A stretch of 64,000 nt of DNA from the NCBI RefSeq assembly GCF_036588685.1, contig NC_086374.1:46190001-46254000 (forward strand). The letters are read 5' to 3'. The stretch's first letter is position 1. Every line of letters begins with the position of its first letter. Shown one piece after another: positions 47,923 through 61,342 of this stretch. Source of the DNA: Mytilus trossulus (taxonomy: Eukaryota). The notes under the pieces were generated by a model. The model was given only the letters and a program-made list of their open reading frames with translations, ran no database searches and was not told the origin of the DNA. A program made the translations under genes and the position numbers.

Positions 47923-50900
47923 CTAATGTGGATTTAATTTGTGTGAACGCTTTTTCTTATATCGATAATAAAGACAATATAGCACAAGAATAAAAATCGA
48001 CAGAAATGAATATCTAAATATCTTCGTGTTAGAAGGAAGTTTAAGTTCTTCCGTGATCTCTTGACTTTGAATCCAGGGACCCCAATATCCCTCATGGTAT
48101 TTCGGATCGGCCATGAAGTCATTTTCAGGATAAAAGCAAGGTACCGAAGTCAATGCGAATTTTGCCAACATCTCAAGTAAATCTCTCACAACCTCTGGTC
48201 TTTTGGTAGATAAGTCATGCTTTTCATATGGGTCATTCTCAATGTTAAAAAGCCAAACGTTTTTATCATTTGGCCTTGCATATAGTTTATTCTGGTTCCG
48301 TCCTCGAATTGAAGTATAAATCCACGATCCATTTCCTACAATATATCGAGAAATGTTAAAATCTTATTTTTTTATTCAAACTTCGGAGTCTTCAATTTCT
48401 CTGGCTTATTTATTAAATTACACAAATGTTCTGTTGTTCTTTATTTGGTTTTGTTGGTATAAGAAGACAGTAATTTATTACATAAAATCAAAAGCATGGT
48501 CTTACACAATTGAATAAAAAGAAGTATTTTATAATATTTATTGAACATATAAAAAAATGTGCAGTCAACATATGCTGTCGAAACAACAAAAGACAAAGAC
48601 TGGGCGTACATCTCATAGAAAATGTTATATCCTCGAACTCGTGATTAGATCATATGTAAGACTATTAATTGGCCTATCTAGACAGTAGTTACATAGAAAT
48701 GTGAATCCGATGGACACCACTTTTGATTTCCTTCCACTTTGGTGGAATTGTGCCTTTCTATCAGTGTGTTTGTACATTGCCTATGATGATAAATTTATAA
48801 AAACTGGCTATTGACGAAAATTGTGGTAAATTGTTGACTAAATCAATAAATTGAACTTTTCGAGGTTCATACCTGGATCGCCTGTAATAATTTTCCATTC
48901 ATTATGTCGAAGTGCTGCTCTTTCTCTGGTATCGAACTGATTATCAGATTTTCGTTCTCCAGCATGGGAAAATAATGGATCAATGTTGTGTAGAATAGTC
49001 TTTCGTTGACTTTGTTCACCGTAACTAGTTTAAAGAAATAAACATATGCACTACGTTATTGCATTCTGGATACCAATAAACCAATTTAAAAGTATGACAA
49101 AACTCGACCAATTTAATCCAATTCTATTCCAATTGTAACGATTTTGATCTAGAATAGATAAATCTATTGTTATCTGTTGATCATAATTTTTGATAATAAA
49201 AATTAATTCACTAGTCTGTCTTTCAGTTTTTAACATTAAATGTTACTAGTTTTACTGCAAAATATAATGCAAATTTATTCAGTCATAATAGAATAGTATC
49301 AAAATACAAACCTTAAAACTAACATTGGCAATCGGTTGAAACAAAAATGGTAAAAATAACTATAGCAAAACCTAGACAAAATTCAAAGGAAATTTTTAAC
49401 TTTTGGTAAAGATTGATAAGCGAATAGTATGTTTATTTGATTTCTAACTTCTTTTCTTTTAATTTTGATTTCATATAACATTTTACAATTTGAAGCACAA
49501 TCAAAACACCTTTTATAACTTAATCACATCAAACATATTTAGCTTGGATAAAGACCTGTAAAAATATGTACATATTGTGACCAAAATTTAATCCTTCAGA
49601 ACAAATTCATTTACTAGTTTTATGGAATAGAGAATTAGAACGGAAAATGTTTCAAAGAGACGACAACCCTGTCAAAGAGCAGAAATCAACCAAAAGCCAC
49701 TTACGGGTATTCAACGCAGCGAGAATAATTCATGCATTCATTCAAAACAAAAGCTTGATTGTAACTTCACTAAGACTCACTCATTCGCCTTGTATCGAAA
49801 CCATTATATCATTGATTTCAAAGGGACATATATTGTTGATATTACAACTTGTGAGTTACTATGAGCAACTTAGATAAGTTAGAATAACTATCCAGTACAT
49901 CAATGCTCTGAATCCTAATTACTTAAAGTTGTGAAGAAATGTGACAGAGACATATCAATTCCTAAACAAAGCGGTAATAAAGCACATATAGATAGGATAT
50001 CAATAAGTCATATTTTGGCAAATTTCGGAAGGCCGTACGGTGACCTTTAGTTGTCAACTTTAACTTTTATGTCATTTGAACACTGGTGGAGAGTTGTTCA
50101 TTTGTATACCCTACCACTTGTAAATAGGATGTCAATAGGTATTGGTTTTTCTCATTGTTGAGGTGTTACGGTGACCAATGAGACAACTCTCCACAAGAGA
50201 CCAAAAAGACACAGAAATTACAAACTTAAGGTCACCGTACGGCCTTCAACAATGAGCAAAGTCCATACCTTATAGTCAGATATAAAAGGCCCCGAAATGA
50301 CAATGTAAAACAATTCAAACGAGAAAACTAACGGCCTTATTTATCTTGAAAAAATGAACGAAAAACAAATATGTAACACATAATCAAACGACAACCACTG
50401 AATTACAGACTCCTGACTTGGGACGGACACTTACTTATCAATCATACATTAGTTTTTTTTATTTTATATTGTTCAAATGTGGTTTACTAACATATCAAAG
50501 TAGGAGGGAAACATTTCACATTTGAAAGATTGTATGCCTGCTGCCATGATTGACTGAAACCGATGAATGTATTGTAGGAATATGATATCGTGTCTCAATG
50601 AAGGTGAAAGCAGAGTTTTTCGTCGTTTAAAAGACACAAAAAATTCTTTCAGAGATCCTAATCTCATTTCAGTGATTTTGATAAAGTATATTAACACGCG
50701 TTGGTGAGGTACAAGCGTTATATGTTAAACAAATGGCCACATTAACAAATACTCTATACCTTATTGTTCTCCACTGGTCCACACCGTCAAGCGGATTCGT
50801 TCTTTTCAATGATCCATTTGCGAGATTAATTAAAGTTGGAAACCAATCAGAAATATGGATTAGTTCTTTTGAAATGGCGCCTTTCTTTTGTATCATTTGA

Positions 50901-53900
50901 CCATGAACAAATCCAACAGCTTTGACACCTCCTTCCCACAGGGAACCTTTCCATCCCCTTAATGGCCAGTTATCTCCACCGTACAACACTTGTCCTCCAT
51001 TGTCTGTGAAACATTATATAAATAACACATGGCTGAGAGGGTGATAGAGCAGATTGGTACCCCGAGAAAACATTGTCAACTGAGGCGAAGCCAAGGTTGA
51101 CAATGTCTTTTCGAGGGGTAACAATCTGCTCTATCACCCTCTCAGATATGTGTTATTTAATTTATTATACTGAACGTCCTACCGTTTTTGTCTTTTACAG
51201 ATTAATTTTATTTCAAAAGGATTTTATATGACGTCATGTACATAACAACGTTACGAGTATTAGACATAAACAACAAGATGTTTTTTAATTTATTTTTACT
51301 GTTAAATAGTAAAATTTGATCCAAAACGTAAAACTTAAGCATTTTATTGAACAACTTGATGTAAATTCAATCCATTGTCCTTTAAATTGTCGATTTTTGA
51401 TTGGTTTAGACGAGAGGGTAACATTCAAAAAAATTGTCACCCTCGTCTTAGCCAATCAAAATATGGCATTTTAACGTGAAGTATAATAAAAAATTATATC
51501 AAGTGCAACAAAAAACAAATACTGTACAAGTCTGAAGATAACTTTTGAAAATGCGATGGTGCGTGTGGTTAGTTTTTGGGTATTATTGTATTTCCGAACG
51601 TTTTGAATAATCATATATAACACTTGATGTATATATTTGTATAAATAGTCTATTCTCGCATATGTACCAGAAATAAGTAACCGGAATCTTAAAAAACAAA
51701 TAGTGGACTATACAACACACCAACCACTACAAGTTGGACTTTCTCTTTGTCTGATAAATATCAATTCTCTGTTACCACCAACCAAGTTGTGGCACGCATA
51801 CACTCAGATTTTCTTGAAATTTGGTTTGTTGGAAGCTATCGATAAACAAACAAGAAATATGTTAACAAACAATTTGTTTACGCCCCCGTTGCCAGGGTAA
51901 CGGGTCCCTTTGGATTTGCCTCAAAAATGCACATTTTAACAAACACAATTGATATATTTAGAGCAGTTATCAAGCACACATTTCAAGTTTTAAAAATATA
52001 TTTGACTTTTGGTTTGACATAAAATAAAACTATTTATGAAAGATAAAAAATCATCTGAAAAAAGGGGAAGAAGGAAACAGCACTGATTTAAAGAGTGGAG
52101 TTTTCAATAAATTCAAGAAAGCAAATTATAGGCATTTTGCATGACATAATTTTACACTTTTGCATCCACAACAAATGATACAAGTATAATAAATGTATAA
52201 TTTATCAATAAAGGTATGGGAAAACGGTTGATAGGGCGGTTGCTATGGAAACATAAAAGCGTCATTTTTTGTATTTTGTAATAGAATTTTGACATTGTTA
52301 TTTAAATAGCTTTAAAACAGTGACAGATACAAAATAAAAATCACGTGGGAGATGTTGTCCATTCAATGACCTGAAAGTTGACCTAACGGTCAAGGCTTAT
52401 TGTTTACCTTGACTTTGACCTTCAATCTTTTTTATTTGAAAAATTTGTAAAATTCAGATACCTTGAAAAGATATTATCCAAAAAATTAGTCATATTAAAG
52501 TCGAAAATAAACTAACAACGCCATGGCTAAAAAAGAAAAGACCAAAAGGCAAACAGTAGAACACAACACACAACATATAAAACTAAAGACACAATCTCCA
52601 CCGTCGGCGATATCACATTTAACTTCTTGCCGTTATGTGTACCTGTTGTGAAGACCACCAATGTGTCTTGCCATAACCCTTTGGACTGGAAAGACATCAC
52701 AACATCGCCTATTCCCTCGTCCATTGCCGATGTCATACCTATAACGAAAGAGACAGCTTTTAGACGAGTAGACGTATTTCAGGGACTTTGATGTGTTGCT
52801 GTATCATGGCATAAAATTATACAATTCGCCCCTTTCATATACAATCGGTATAAAATTAAAATAAAAATATCCAATATACTTGTACTAGTATATGATTTTA
52901 TTTTGATTGTTATTACACCATTTTTTTTATTTTAGCCATGCCCATCTAAAACCAGGTTGATTTGACTGACTTTAACTGCAAAATGGTACAGCTGCATGAA
53001 ACATTAAATATTGAGTCTTCTTTTTTCTAACTTTTATTGCAAGATAAACACAAAAAAGATGTGTCCCTCATCGGGATTCGACCAATGCATCTGACCTATC
53101 GGAGCGAATTCGCCTGCACTGTATCCATCCAACTACCACTCGAACAACTAGGCTATACAAATATAGCTTTCGTTAGCCGAGTATTGCTTTTATTTATCGG
53201 TATTGTCTGTATGGTGACAGAGCTAAATGGCTTACCTTGAAGACTATATGTGTTTTGTCTGTATGGTGACAGAGCTAAATGGCTAACCTTGTAGACTACC
53301 TGTGTTTTGTCTGTATGGTGACAGAGCTAAATGGCTAACCTTGTAGACCACCTGTGTTTTGTCTGTATGGTGACAGAGCTAAATGGCTAACCTTGTAGAC
53401 CACCTGTGTTTTGTCTGTATGGTGACAGAGCTATATGGCTTACCTTCTAGGCCACCTGTGTTTTGTCTGTATAGTGACAGAGCTAAATGGCTAACCTTGA
53501 AGGCTACCTGTATTTTGTCTGTATGGTGACAGAGCTAAATGGATAACCTTGTAGACCACCTGTGTTTTGTCTGTATGGTGACAGAGCTAAATGGATAACC
53601 TTGTAGACCACCTGTGTTTTGTATGTATGGTGACAGAGCTAAATGGCTAACCTTGAAGACTACCTGTGTTTTGTCTGTATGGTGACAGAGCTAAATGGCT
53701 AACCTTGTAGACCACCTCTGTTTTGTCTGTATGGTGACAGAGCTTAACGGCTAACCTTGTAGACCACCTGTGTTTTGTCTGTATGGTGACAGAGCTATAT
53801 GGCTAACCTTGTAGACCACCTGTGTTTTGTCTGTATGGTGACAGAGCTATATGGCTTACCTTGTAGACCACCTCTGTGTTGTCTGTATGGTGACAGAGCT

Positions 53901-56900
53901 TAACGGCTAACCTTGTAGACCACCTGTAATTTGTCTGTATGGTGACATAGCTATATGGCTAACCTTGTAGACCACCGGTGTTTTGTCTGTATGGTGACAG
54001 AGCTATATGGCTAACCTTGTAGACCACCTGTGTTTTGTCTGTATGGTGACAGAGCTAAATGACTAACCTTGTAGGCAACCTGTGTTTTGTCTGTATGGTG
54101 ACAGAGCTATATGGCTTACCTTGTAGACCACCTGTGTTTTGTCTGTATAGTGACAGAGCTAAATGGCTAACCTTGTAGGCTACCTGTGTTTTGTCTGTAT
54201 GGTGACAGAGCTAAATGGATAACCTTGTAGACCACCTGTGTTTTGTCTGTATGGTGACAGAGCTAAATGGATAACCTTGTAGACCACCTGTGTTTTGTAT
54301 GTATGGTGACAGAGCTAAATGGCTAACCTTGAAGACTACCTGTGTTTTGTCTGTATGGTGACAGAGCTAAATGGCTAACCTTGTAGACCACCTGTGTTTT
54401 GTCTGTATGGTGACAGAGCTAAATGGATAACCTTGTAGACCACCTGTGTTTTGTATGTATGGTGACAGAGCTAAATGGCTAACCTTGAAGACTACCTGTG
54501 TTTTGTCTGTATGGTGACAGAGCTAAATGGCTAACCTTGTAGACCACCTCTGTTTTGTCTGTATGGTGACAGAGCTTAACGGCTAACCTTGTAGACCACC
54601 TCTGTGTTGTCTGTATGGTGACAGAGCTTAACGGCTAACCTTGTAGACCACCTGTGTTTTGTCTGTATGGTGACATAGCTATATGGCTAACCTTGTAGAC
54701 CACCGGTGTTTTGTCTGTATGGTGACAGAGCTATATGGCTAACCTTGTAGACCACCTGTGTTTTGTCTGTATGGTGACAGAGCTAAATGACTAACCTTGA
54801 AGACTACCTGTGTTTTGTCCGTATGGTGACAGAGCTAAATGGCTAACCTTGTAGACCACCTTTGTTTTGTCTGTATGGTGACAGAGCTAAATGGCTAACC
54901 TTGTAGACCACCTGTATTTTGTCTGTATGGTGACAGAGCTAAATGGCTAACCTTGTAGACCACCTGTGTTTTGTCTGTATGGTGACAGAGCTAAATGGCT
55001 AACCTTAAAAACTACATGTGTTTTGTCTGTCAAAGCTAAATGGCTAACCTTGTAGACCACCTGTGTTTTGTCTGCATGGTGACAAAGCTAAATGGCCAAC
55101 CTTGTAGACCACCTGTGTTTTGTTTGTCGTAAATTCAGTTAATTTTACTTACCACGACTTCACAACAAATTACAATTTTATTATATACATTTAAAGTGCA
55201 CTGTGTATCCAATATATTAAAAAGGTCAAATGTATCCAATATATTAAAAGAAAGGTCAAATGAAATACAGCAAAAGAATCTGAATATTGCAGGCTTGTTC
55301 ACGTACGATGAATTAAATCAGTCAAAAGCTATATTTACAGGTTTGTATGTGGAATTTCAAACTATAAAAGGGTCAACAAGCATGTAAAACAACAATTATC
55401 TCCAGTATTAGTGTTTACCTGCATAGATTTTTCTGTCCATATCTTTGATATGTCCGTACTGTCTCAGATACTTGTCTGGAACTTGTAATGGTAAATGAAC
55501 TGCTTGATATGACAGGTACATAAATAACGGCTAGCAAAAATGATATTTTAAACATGATAAACACTAAATTAATTATTGTTTTATAATTATTTTACATGTT
55601 CACTTGAACTAAGAACACTTCAATATCATCATATGAAAGGATACAGTGCACCTTATTTTCACACAAAGTTGAAACTTGTAATTCAAAAACCTTAAAACCA
55701 ATCCAATTCACAATTGTCTCCATAATGCGAATTTGCAATGATTTACAGATTATTGTGTTTTATTTCCCCATAAAAGCAATCCTTTCAATTTGCTGAATAT
55801 CTTTTATAAATGCAGGGTTGAACATGTGTTAAGTAAAACGAACTTGTAAGTAGTTATTTGAAATAATTGTAGAACATCTGTGTGATTAAACATCATGTAA
55901 TTGCTATTTATACAAAACAAGACCCAAGAATAATTCGAATGTATTTTACTCTAACATGATAGTAGAGATATTGCCTTTTATTAACAAATCAAAAACTGAA
56001 TGAAAGCTATTACTTTTTGTTTTCCATGGTTACAATGAAATTAATATATATTTTACTTTCCATTGTTTTAAATCAAAAAACACTGGATAATAAGTAAAGG
56101 TTACGAAATAGTTTCCACATAGACAGGAGAGGACTGGTTAAGAGGGACAATACGTACTTTTTCTGAATCATGTTTTTCTACAATTTCGACAGCTTTCTTC
56201 GTGTACAAATTAGTAGAATATTGTCCTCTATATTCATTATTTACTCTCTGAATTCCATCCCTTAGATCCAGTCCATTTATTCCCATTGCCGAGTCATTGT
56301 ACTGGTAATGATCGGCTTTTCCATTAAGAATACCTTCAATTCGAAGAATCTTATTAATAAGATATTTTGTATTACTTACTTATGTGATAGAAGTAGTTTC
56401 GCATACAATGTTGAAAAACATGAAATTGAAAGTATTATACTAGGTAGTTTTGTGACAACTTAATTAACTTTTCATTTGAATGTGATATTCGATATTCATC
56501 TGTCCGTAGACAGAAAAGATCACTAGAGCATAGATTTATTTATAGGGTCCGCAATGGAAGAAGGAAGAATTGATTCGCGTTCAAAGCTATATTAAGTTCT
56601 TTTTTTAACGATCAAATTGCAGATTCAACATTGTTATCGAAACAGTAATTTTTGTTTTTCAGTCCTTTTTGAGAGATTTTTGTAAGACGCCATAAAGGAG
56701 CAGACTATTTACCGCGAATTTGTTTCTCAAAAAAATAAGAATTCCGTGATTTTTTTGAATTAACTAGAACACACCCGTGATATCGCGGGTCCGTGACTGA
56801 ATTAAAGTATATAACTATGCGCAAGCCTTATTTTAGTATTAGTATTATCATCTGATAAAGATTTCAAATCTTTCTGTTTGAACCCGTCGAACTGGAACTT

Positions 56901-59900
56901 ATCAATTATTGGTAATATTAATTATTTGGAAAACAAAAGGTCCTGGAATGGAGTATTTTTTAATCAACAGCAATGTCCTATATAAGTTATAAATAAAGTT
57001 GAATTCTTTGATTCGCTGTTTTACGTCATGCCCGCTAACAAATTGAAAATGTACTTATACACCTTATTTTTAGTCCAGATTTTTAGTATTCGTATTGTTA
57101 TCTTAGAAAGTCTAACTGATAAAAATATTGCAATAGGTTACAATTTGAAAATTTAGTAGTGTCAACCCTATGATTATGACCCGTGTATATAGTATATTAA
57201 TTCTGAATACACCGTTTGTTGGTGCGCCTGTCAGATGCGGAATATACAGATAAGGTAATAGGTAACAGGTGAATATACTATTGGTATCGGTATCGGACTC
57301 GACCCGTAACTTCTTAATTATTGGCAATATCAATTACGTGGAAAACAAAAGGGCCTTGAGTGGTGTAACTTTTAATCTACACTTTTGTACTATATTAGTT
57401 ATATATAAAGTTGAATTCTTTGATTCGTCGTTTTTACGTGATGACGGCTGACAAATTGGACCTCGTAATTTTAGTATTATAGATATTGCAATTGAAATGT
57501 TTAACAAGTCAAGAACTTGGAAGGGAAACAGATATTACGTGATGGTAAAAAGACCTTAGACGTTTCATTTGATGGTTTAAGTTTTACCATCTAAACTTTC
57601 CTTCTTGGCATCTTACCACAGTAAGACAATTCTAGATATTCTCTATGGAAACAACTTCTTAACGTATCTTGTGGTATCCGAGATACATTATATTTCATAT
57701 GCAAATACTTCTAGAATGTTGCTGCATATATTTGCATGAACACAGTTACTTCATAATTGAAATACTGCCTTCGTAAAGCAGAGTGCTTGATCTAGGGGAA
57801 AAGAAACAAATTATATTTATATTAACTACGTACCGAAAAATGTGTCAAATCCTCTGTTTGTTGGTAAATATTCCTCTTTGAAGAATCCAAGATGCCATTT
57901 ACCTACAGCATGAGTGGAATAGCCTGCTTCTCTAAATTTATCTGCCAAGGTTGGATCTTGTAGTGGAAGGCCGTTTGGCTGCAATGGCCAAAATATGCCG
58001 TGTTGTATTCCTGTATGTATCTGAAAAATCGGATTGGTTGCTTATTCTATATGAAAGCATTCATAGTGGAAGCATTGCTAATAAATTTTAATAAGCGATT
58101 ATGAAATATGTGCAACTAAAGTGGAAGCAAGTCTCTTTTTTCTTTTGTGTACACTTTATTCTATCTAATTCTTAATTAGTTACTTAAGTTAGTTGGGGAT
58201 GTTTAACGTCCTGATACGCAAAGTAATGCTCTTAGTCGGACAGATCTTACTTCTACCCAAGATTTTCTGTGAAGCAATGTAGACCGACGTTTGTAGATTC
58301 TGTTTTTGTTTTAGTCATGATAATGTCTTTTCGACTTATGTTTTCTATGTCCCTTTGCTAGTATATGGTTATGCTAAAATTTATTTCTATGACGAGTTTA
58401 TAATGACAAGTTTTTTGCAATCAATATTTTTTTCAATGACCTTTTACAATTTCTTTTTCGGTTTACTTTTGTACGAAAGCTTATTTCTATTCTGTGAGTA
58501 CTATAAAACCAAATTTCCAATATTTTGTCTTTTGTCTTTTTACTAGATGTTTTATTTATTTATTTGTTTTGTGTTCCTATCTTAAAACTCAAGCCCCCTT
58601 CCAACCTTTTTATGCAGTTTTTTTTGTCGAGTTGATTCAGTACTTGCCTAGGTTAGGCGAGGGGAGAGCTCTAAACATATTAAACCTCGAATTAATCTTT
58701 GTGTCTGTTTAAAACCATATACCTATAATCCAGTGAGTGTCCGCGTTGGTTGTTTTTTATTTAGAATTATTTCACATTTGAGTATAGCAGGGCCTATTAT
58801 AGCTTACAATGAAGTGAGATAAACCCATTATGTAAGGATCTTTAAGGCCGTACGCTGACTTTTAGAACCGTTGTCCTTTGGTCTATCGATTTTGTCTAAT
58901 ATAATATAATAGGTATTTTGATGTTCAGTAGATGTCGTTTGTTAATGTAGTTCATAAGTTTTTCTCGTTTTTCGTTTTTTTATATAGATTAGACCGTTGG
59001 TTTTCTCGTTTGAGTGGTTGTACACTAAGTTAAGTAATATTTGAGGGCTCTTAATAGCTTTCTGTTAGGTGTGAACCAAGGCTCCGTGTTGAAGACTGTA
59101 CCTTGACCTATAATGGTTTAATTTTATAAATTGTGACATAGATGGAGAGATATCTCATTGGCACTCATACCACATCTTCCTATTTTTATATTCACTAAAT
59201 CAACATATGATGTTGACATGAATATCAAATATGTGGTCATTTTTATAAATTTCCTGTTTACAAAACTTTGAATTTTTCGAAAAAGTAAGAATTTTCTTGT
59301 CCCAGGAATAGATTACCTTAGCCGTACTTGACACAACTCTTTGGAATTGTTGATCCTCAATGCTCTTCAACTTTTTACTTGCTTGGCTTTATAATTATTT
59401 TGATATGAGCGTCACTGATGAGTCTTATGTAGACGAAACGCGCGTCTGACGTACTATATTATAATCCTGGTACTTTTGATGAACTATTATGATATATCAT
59501 CAGAAATCCATTCCTAAAATATGCAAACTTGCCTTGCATTTATAAATGCAAATTTTTATCACTCACTTTTATTTTCTTTATTATAAATTATTCGTTTGTA
59601 TACATAAGGTATTGATGGATTTAATTTAATAAATCAAATAACTGTCGATTTCCATGTTATTTTGCATTGAAATATGTGATGAGAAAATAATTACTTGCAT
59701 ATAAATTACCAAAAAGGCTATTTATTCTCCAAACATTTTGATATTAACAATATATATAGACTGGACGTTATATTCAATATGCTTTTTGTAAATTTACTAG
59801 TTCTGCACATGTATGTTGAGAATACACAAATTTCATATACTAATATTGACATGTATATATATATATATATAGTGTGTACTGTAACAATGTGTAATGTTTT

Positions 59901-60195
59901 GGTATAAAAACCACAGGTAAACTAACACGTGGCTTAGGTTGTCATAACATCTTACCTGGTATCTACCGGTCATTAATTGTGACCTTGAAGGTGAACATAT
60001 CGGCTGGACATAGTAATTCTCTAGTTTTACACCATCTCCTGCCAGCCTATCTAGAACTGGTGTCTTAATTTCTGATCCATGATACCCAATGTCATTATAT
60101 CCATAATCGTCGGCTATTATGAACAGAATATTTGGTTGTCGTTTTGTCCTTACCGTAGTTGTGAAGCACAATATAGCAATAGCTATTCGTATCAT
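47923..60195 (-). CDS. ARSB: Arylsulfatase B/I/J-like formylglycine-dependent sulfatase, 539 aa, 8 exons, with a C-terminal hydrophobic extension
   Basis: Exons (minus strand) are 59956-60195, 57834-58020, 56158-56333, 55419-55530, 52643-52738, 50760-51003, 48873-49024 and 47923-48335. All are GT-AG and phase-consistent, totalling 1620 nt. Motifs: signal peptide, [24 protein letters not shown] (CxPxR), [69 protein letters not shown] and YWGPW. Orthology to ARSB versus ARSI/ARSJ is not resolved. Confidence 0.93.
51020..51490. mobile_element. Palindrome-bearing non-autonomous element (possibly Crypton-like) in sulfatase intron 5
   Basis: A hairpin with ~65-bp arms spans 51020-51158 with a GCGAAGC loop at 51085-51091. 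A second hairpin spans 51395-51461 (TTTTGATTGG...CCAATCAAAA). The family assignment is inference. Confidence 0.6.
53060..53155 (-). mobile_element. tRNA-derived SINE head (degenerate)
   Basis: The minus strand has an A-box-like TGTTCGAGTGG and a B-box-like GGTCGAATCCC, but I could not fold a convincing cloverleaf. Confidence 0.35.
53203..55128 (+). repeat. 52-bp minisatellite, about 37 units, in sulfatase intron 4
   Basis: The unit TTGTCTGTATGGTGACAGAGCTAAATGGCTAACCTTGTAGACCACCTGTGTT repeats head to tail without unique spacers. Confidence 0.97.
56764..57483 (-). mobile_element. Non-autonomous Helitron (720 bp) in sulfatase intron 2
   Basis: The minus strand begins A|TCTATAATACTAAAA and ends with the hairpin ACCCGCGATATCACGGGT followed by GTGTTCTAG|T. 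This gives a 5'-TC start, a 3' hairpin plus CTAG, an A|T insertion site and no target-site duplication. An internal ~150-bp segment is duplicated (about 56895-57045 and 57308-57460). Confidence 0.88.
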
Positions 60196-61342
60196 AATTT
60201 AACTTTTTCATACCGTCGACACGGCATTATTTCTCAGTATTTATGAAAATCGTATCTCACGATGTGCACATATGTCAACGCTTGGTGTTTTGTTACGGTT
60301 CAATAACCTTAACAATTAATTGTAAATGTTAAACTTATATCAAGTATGTGTTGTCTCCAATATTTATACAATGTGTGTACATTTATTTGAACTTGTAAGA
60401 AAAGTGAGTCTTACAGAGCTTTTTTATTTAATTGCTTATCAACTAAAAATACATAATCAGTATAGATATGGGACAATGTGTATGTATTGATTTTTCTCGC
60501 GTTCAAATTGTCGCTTTAACATTCGGTTTTAAAATGCAAAAAAATGATTTATATTTTTAATTTGTCGAATTAAGGAAAACCTATTCCTGAATTGGTATTT
60601 GTCATCACGCACTTGATTTCTGTTTGCTGACAATATCTTTTAACTAAAAAGATAAACCATAAAAGTACAGTCCTGAGTATGAAATTGTTCACATTATAAT
60701 TGCATATTGTTATTGTTAACTGCTTCTAAAAATTGATTGCCCTGAAGATAATTTAAAAAAAACTTTATTAAAATCAGAGGTTTTGATTTTGTAAATAATG
60801 ACGGTATTTTAAATGATTATCCTGTTAAAGAACAAATTCCTGGATATTTCTGTAATACTGAACTAACTCTTATTTGTTGTGTTTACAAAAAAATCTTCCC
60901 GGAAATATGTGTTTAATTTTTGCCAAGACTTAGTGTGTATCGCTTAATAGCAGTAACAATATATGATATCTACGTCATGGTATGTTTGCTTGACTGTATG
61001 CAATAATTTTCATATATCGCAATATTTAAACTTGCTTGTGGTCTAGGTTTTAATACATTGTAGTAGGCTGTACGAAGTTTTACAAATGTTTGGTTTTTGT
61101 ACACGTGCAGTACTGATCTTCGGAATGGTGTTCATTTGACGTTTCCGTTAAGTAAGTAAGTAAGTAAATCATTTATTAAAGTGACATGTGTAAATATGTA
61201 CAAAATATAAACATACAATATATGAAAAATATTTATACACCCGGCCCAATGGACCTATAAGTCACCTCAAATAAAACTAAATAATTATAAAACAATTGTA
61301 TCACGTTCTTGAATATAAAAAAATATTTGTGTATTTATTCAC

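Noticed and set aside
53203-55128. CRISPR-like regular array
   Set aside because: The 52-bp units are head to tail with no unique spacers, there are no cas genes, and the context is a eukaryotic intron.
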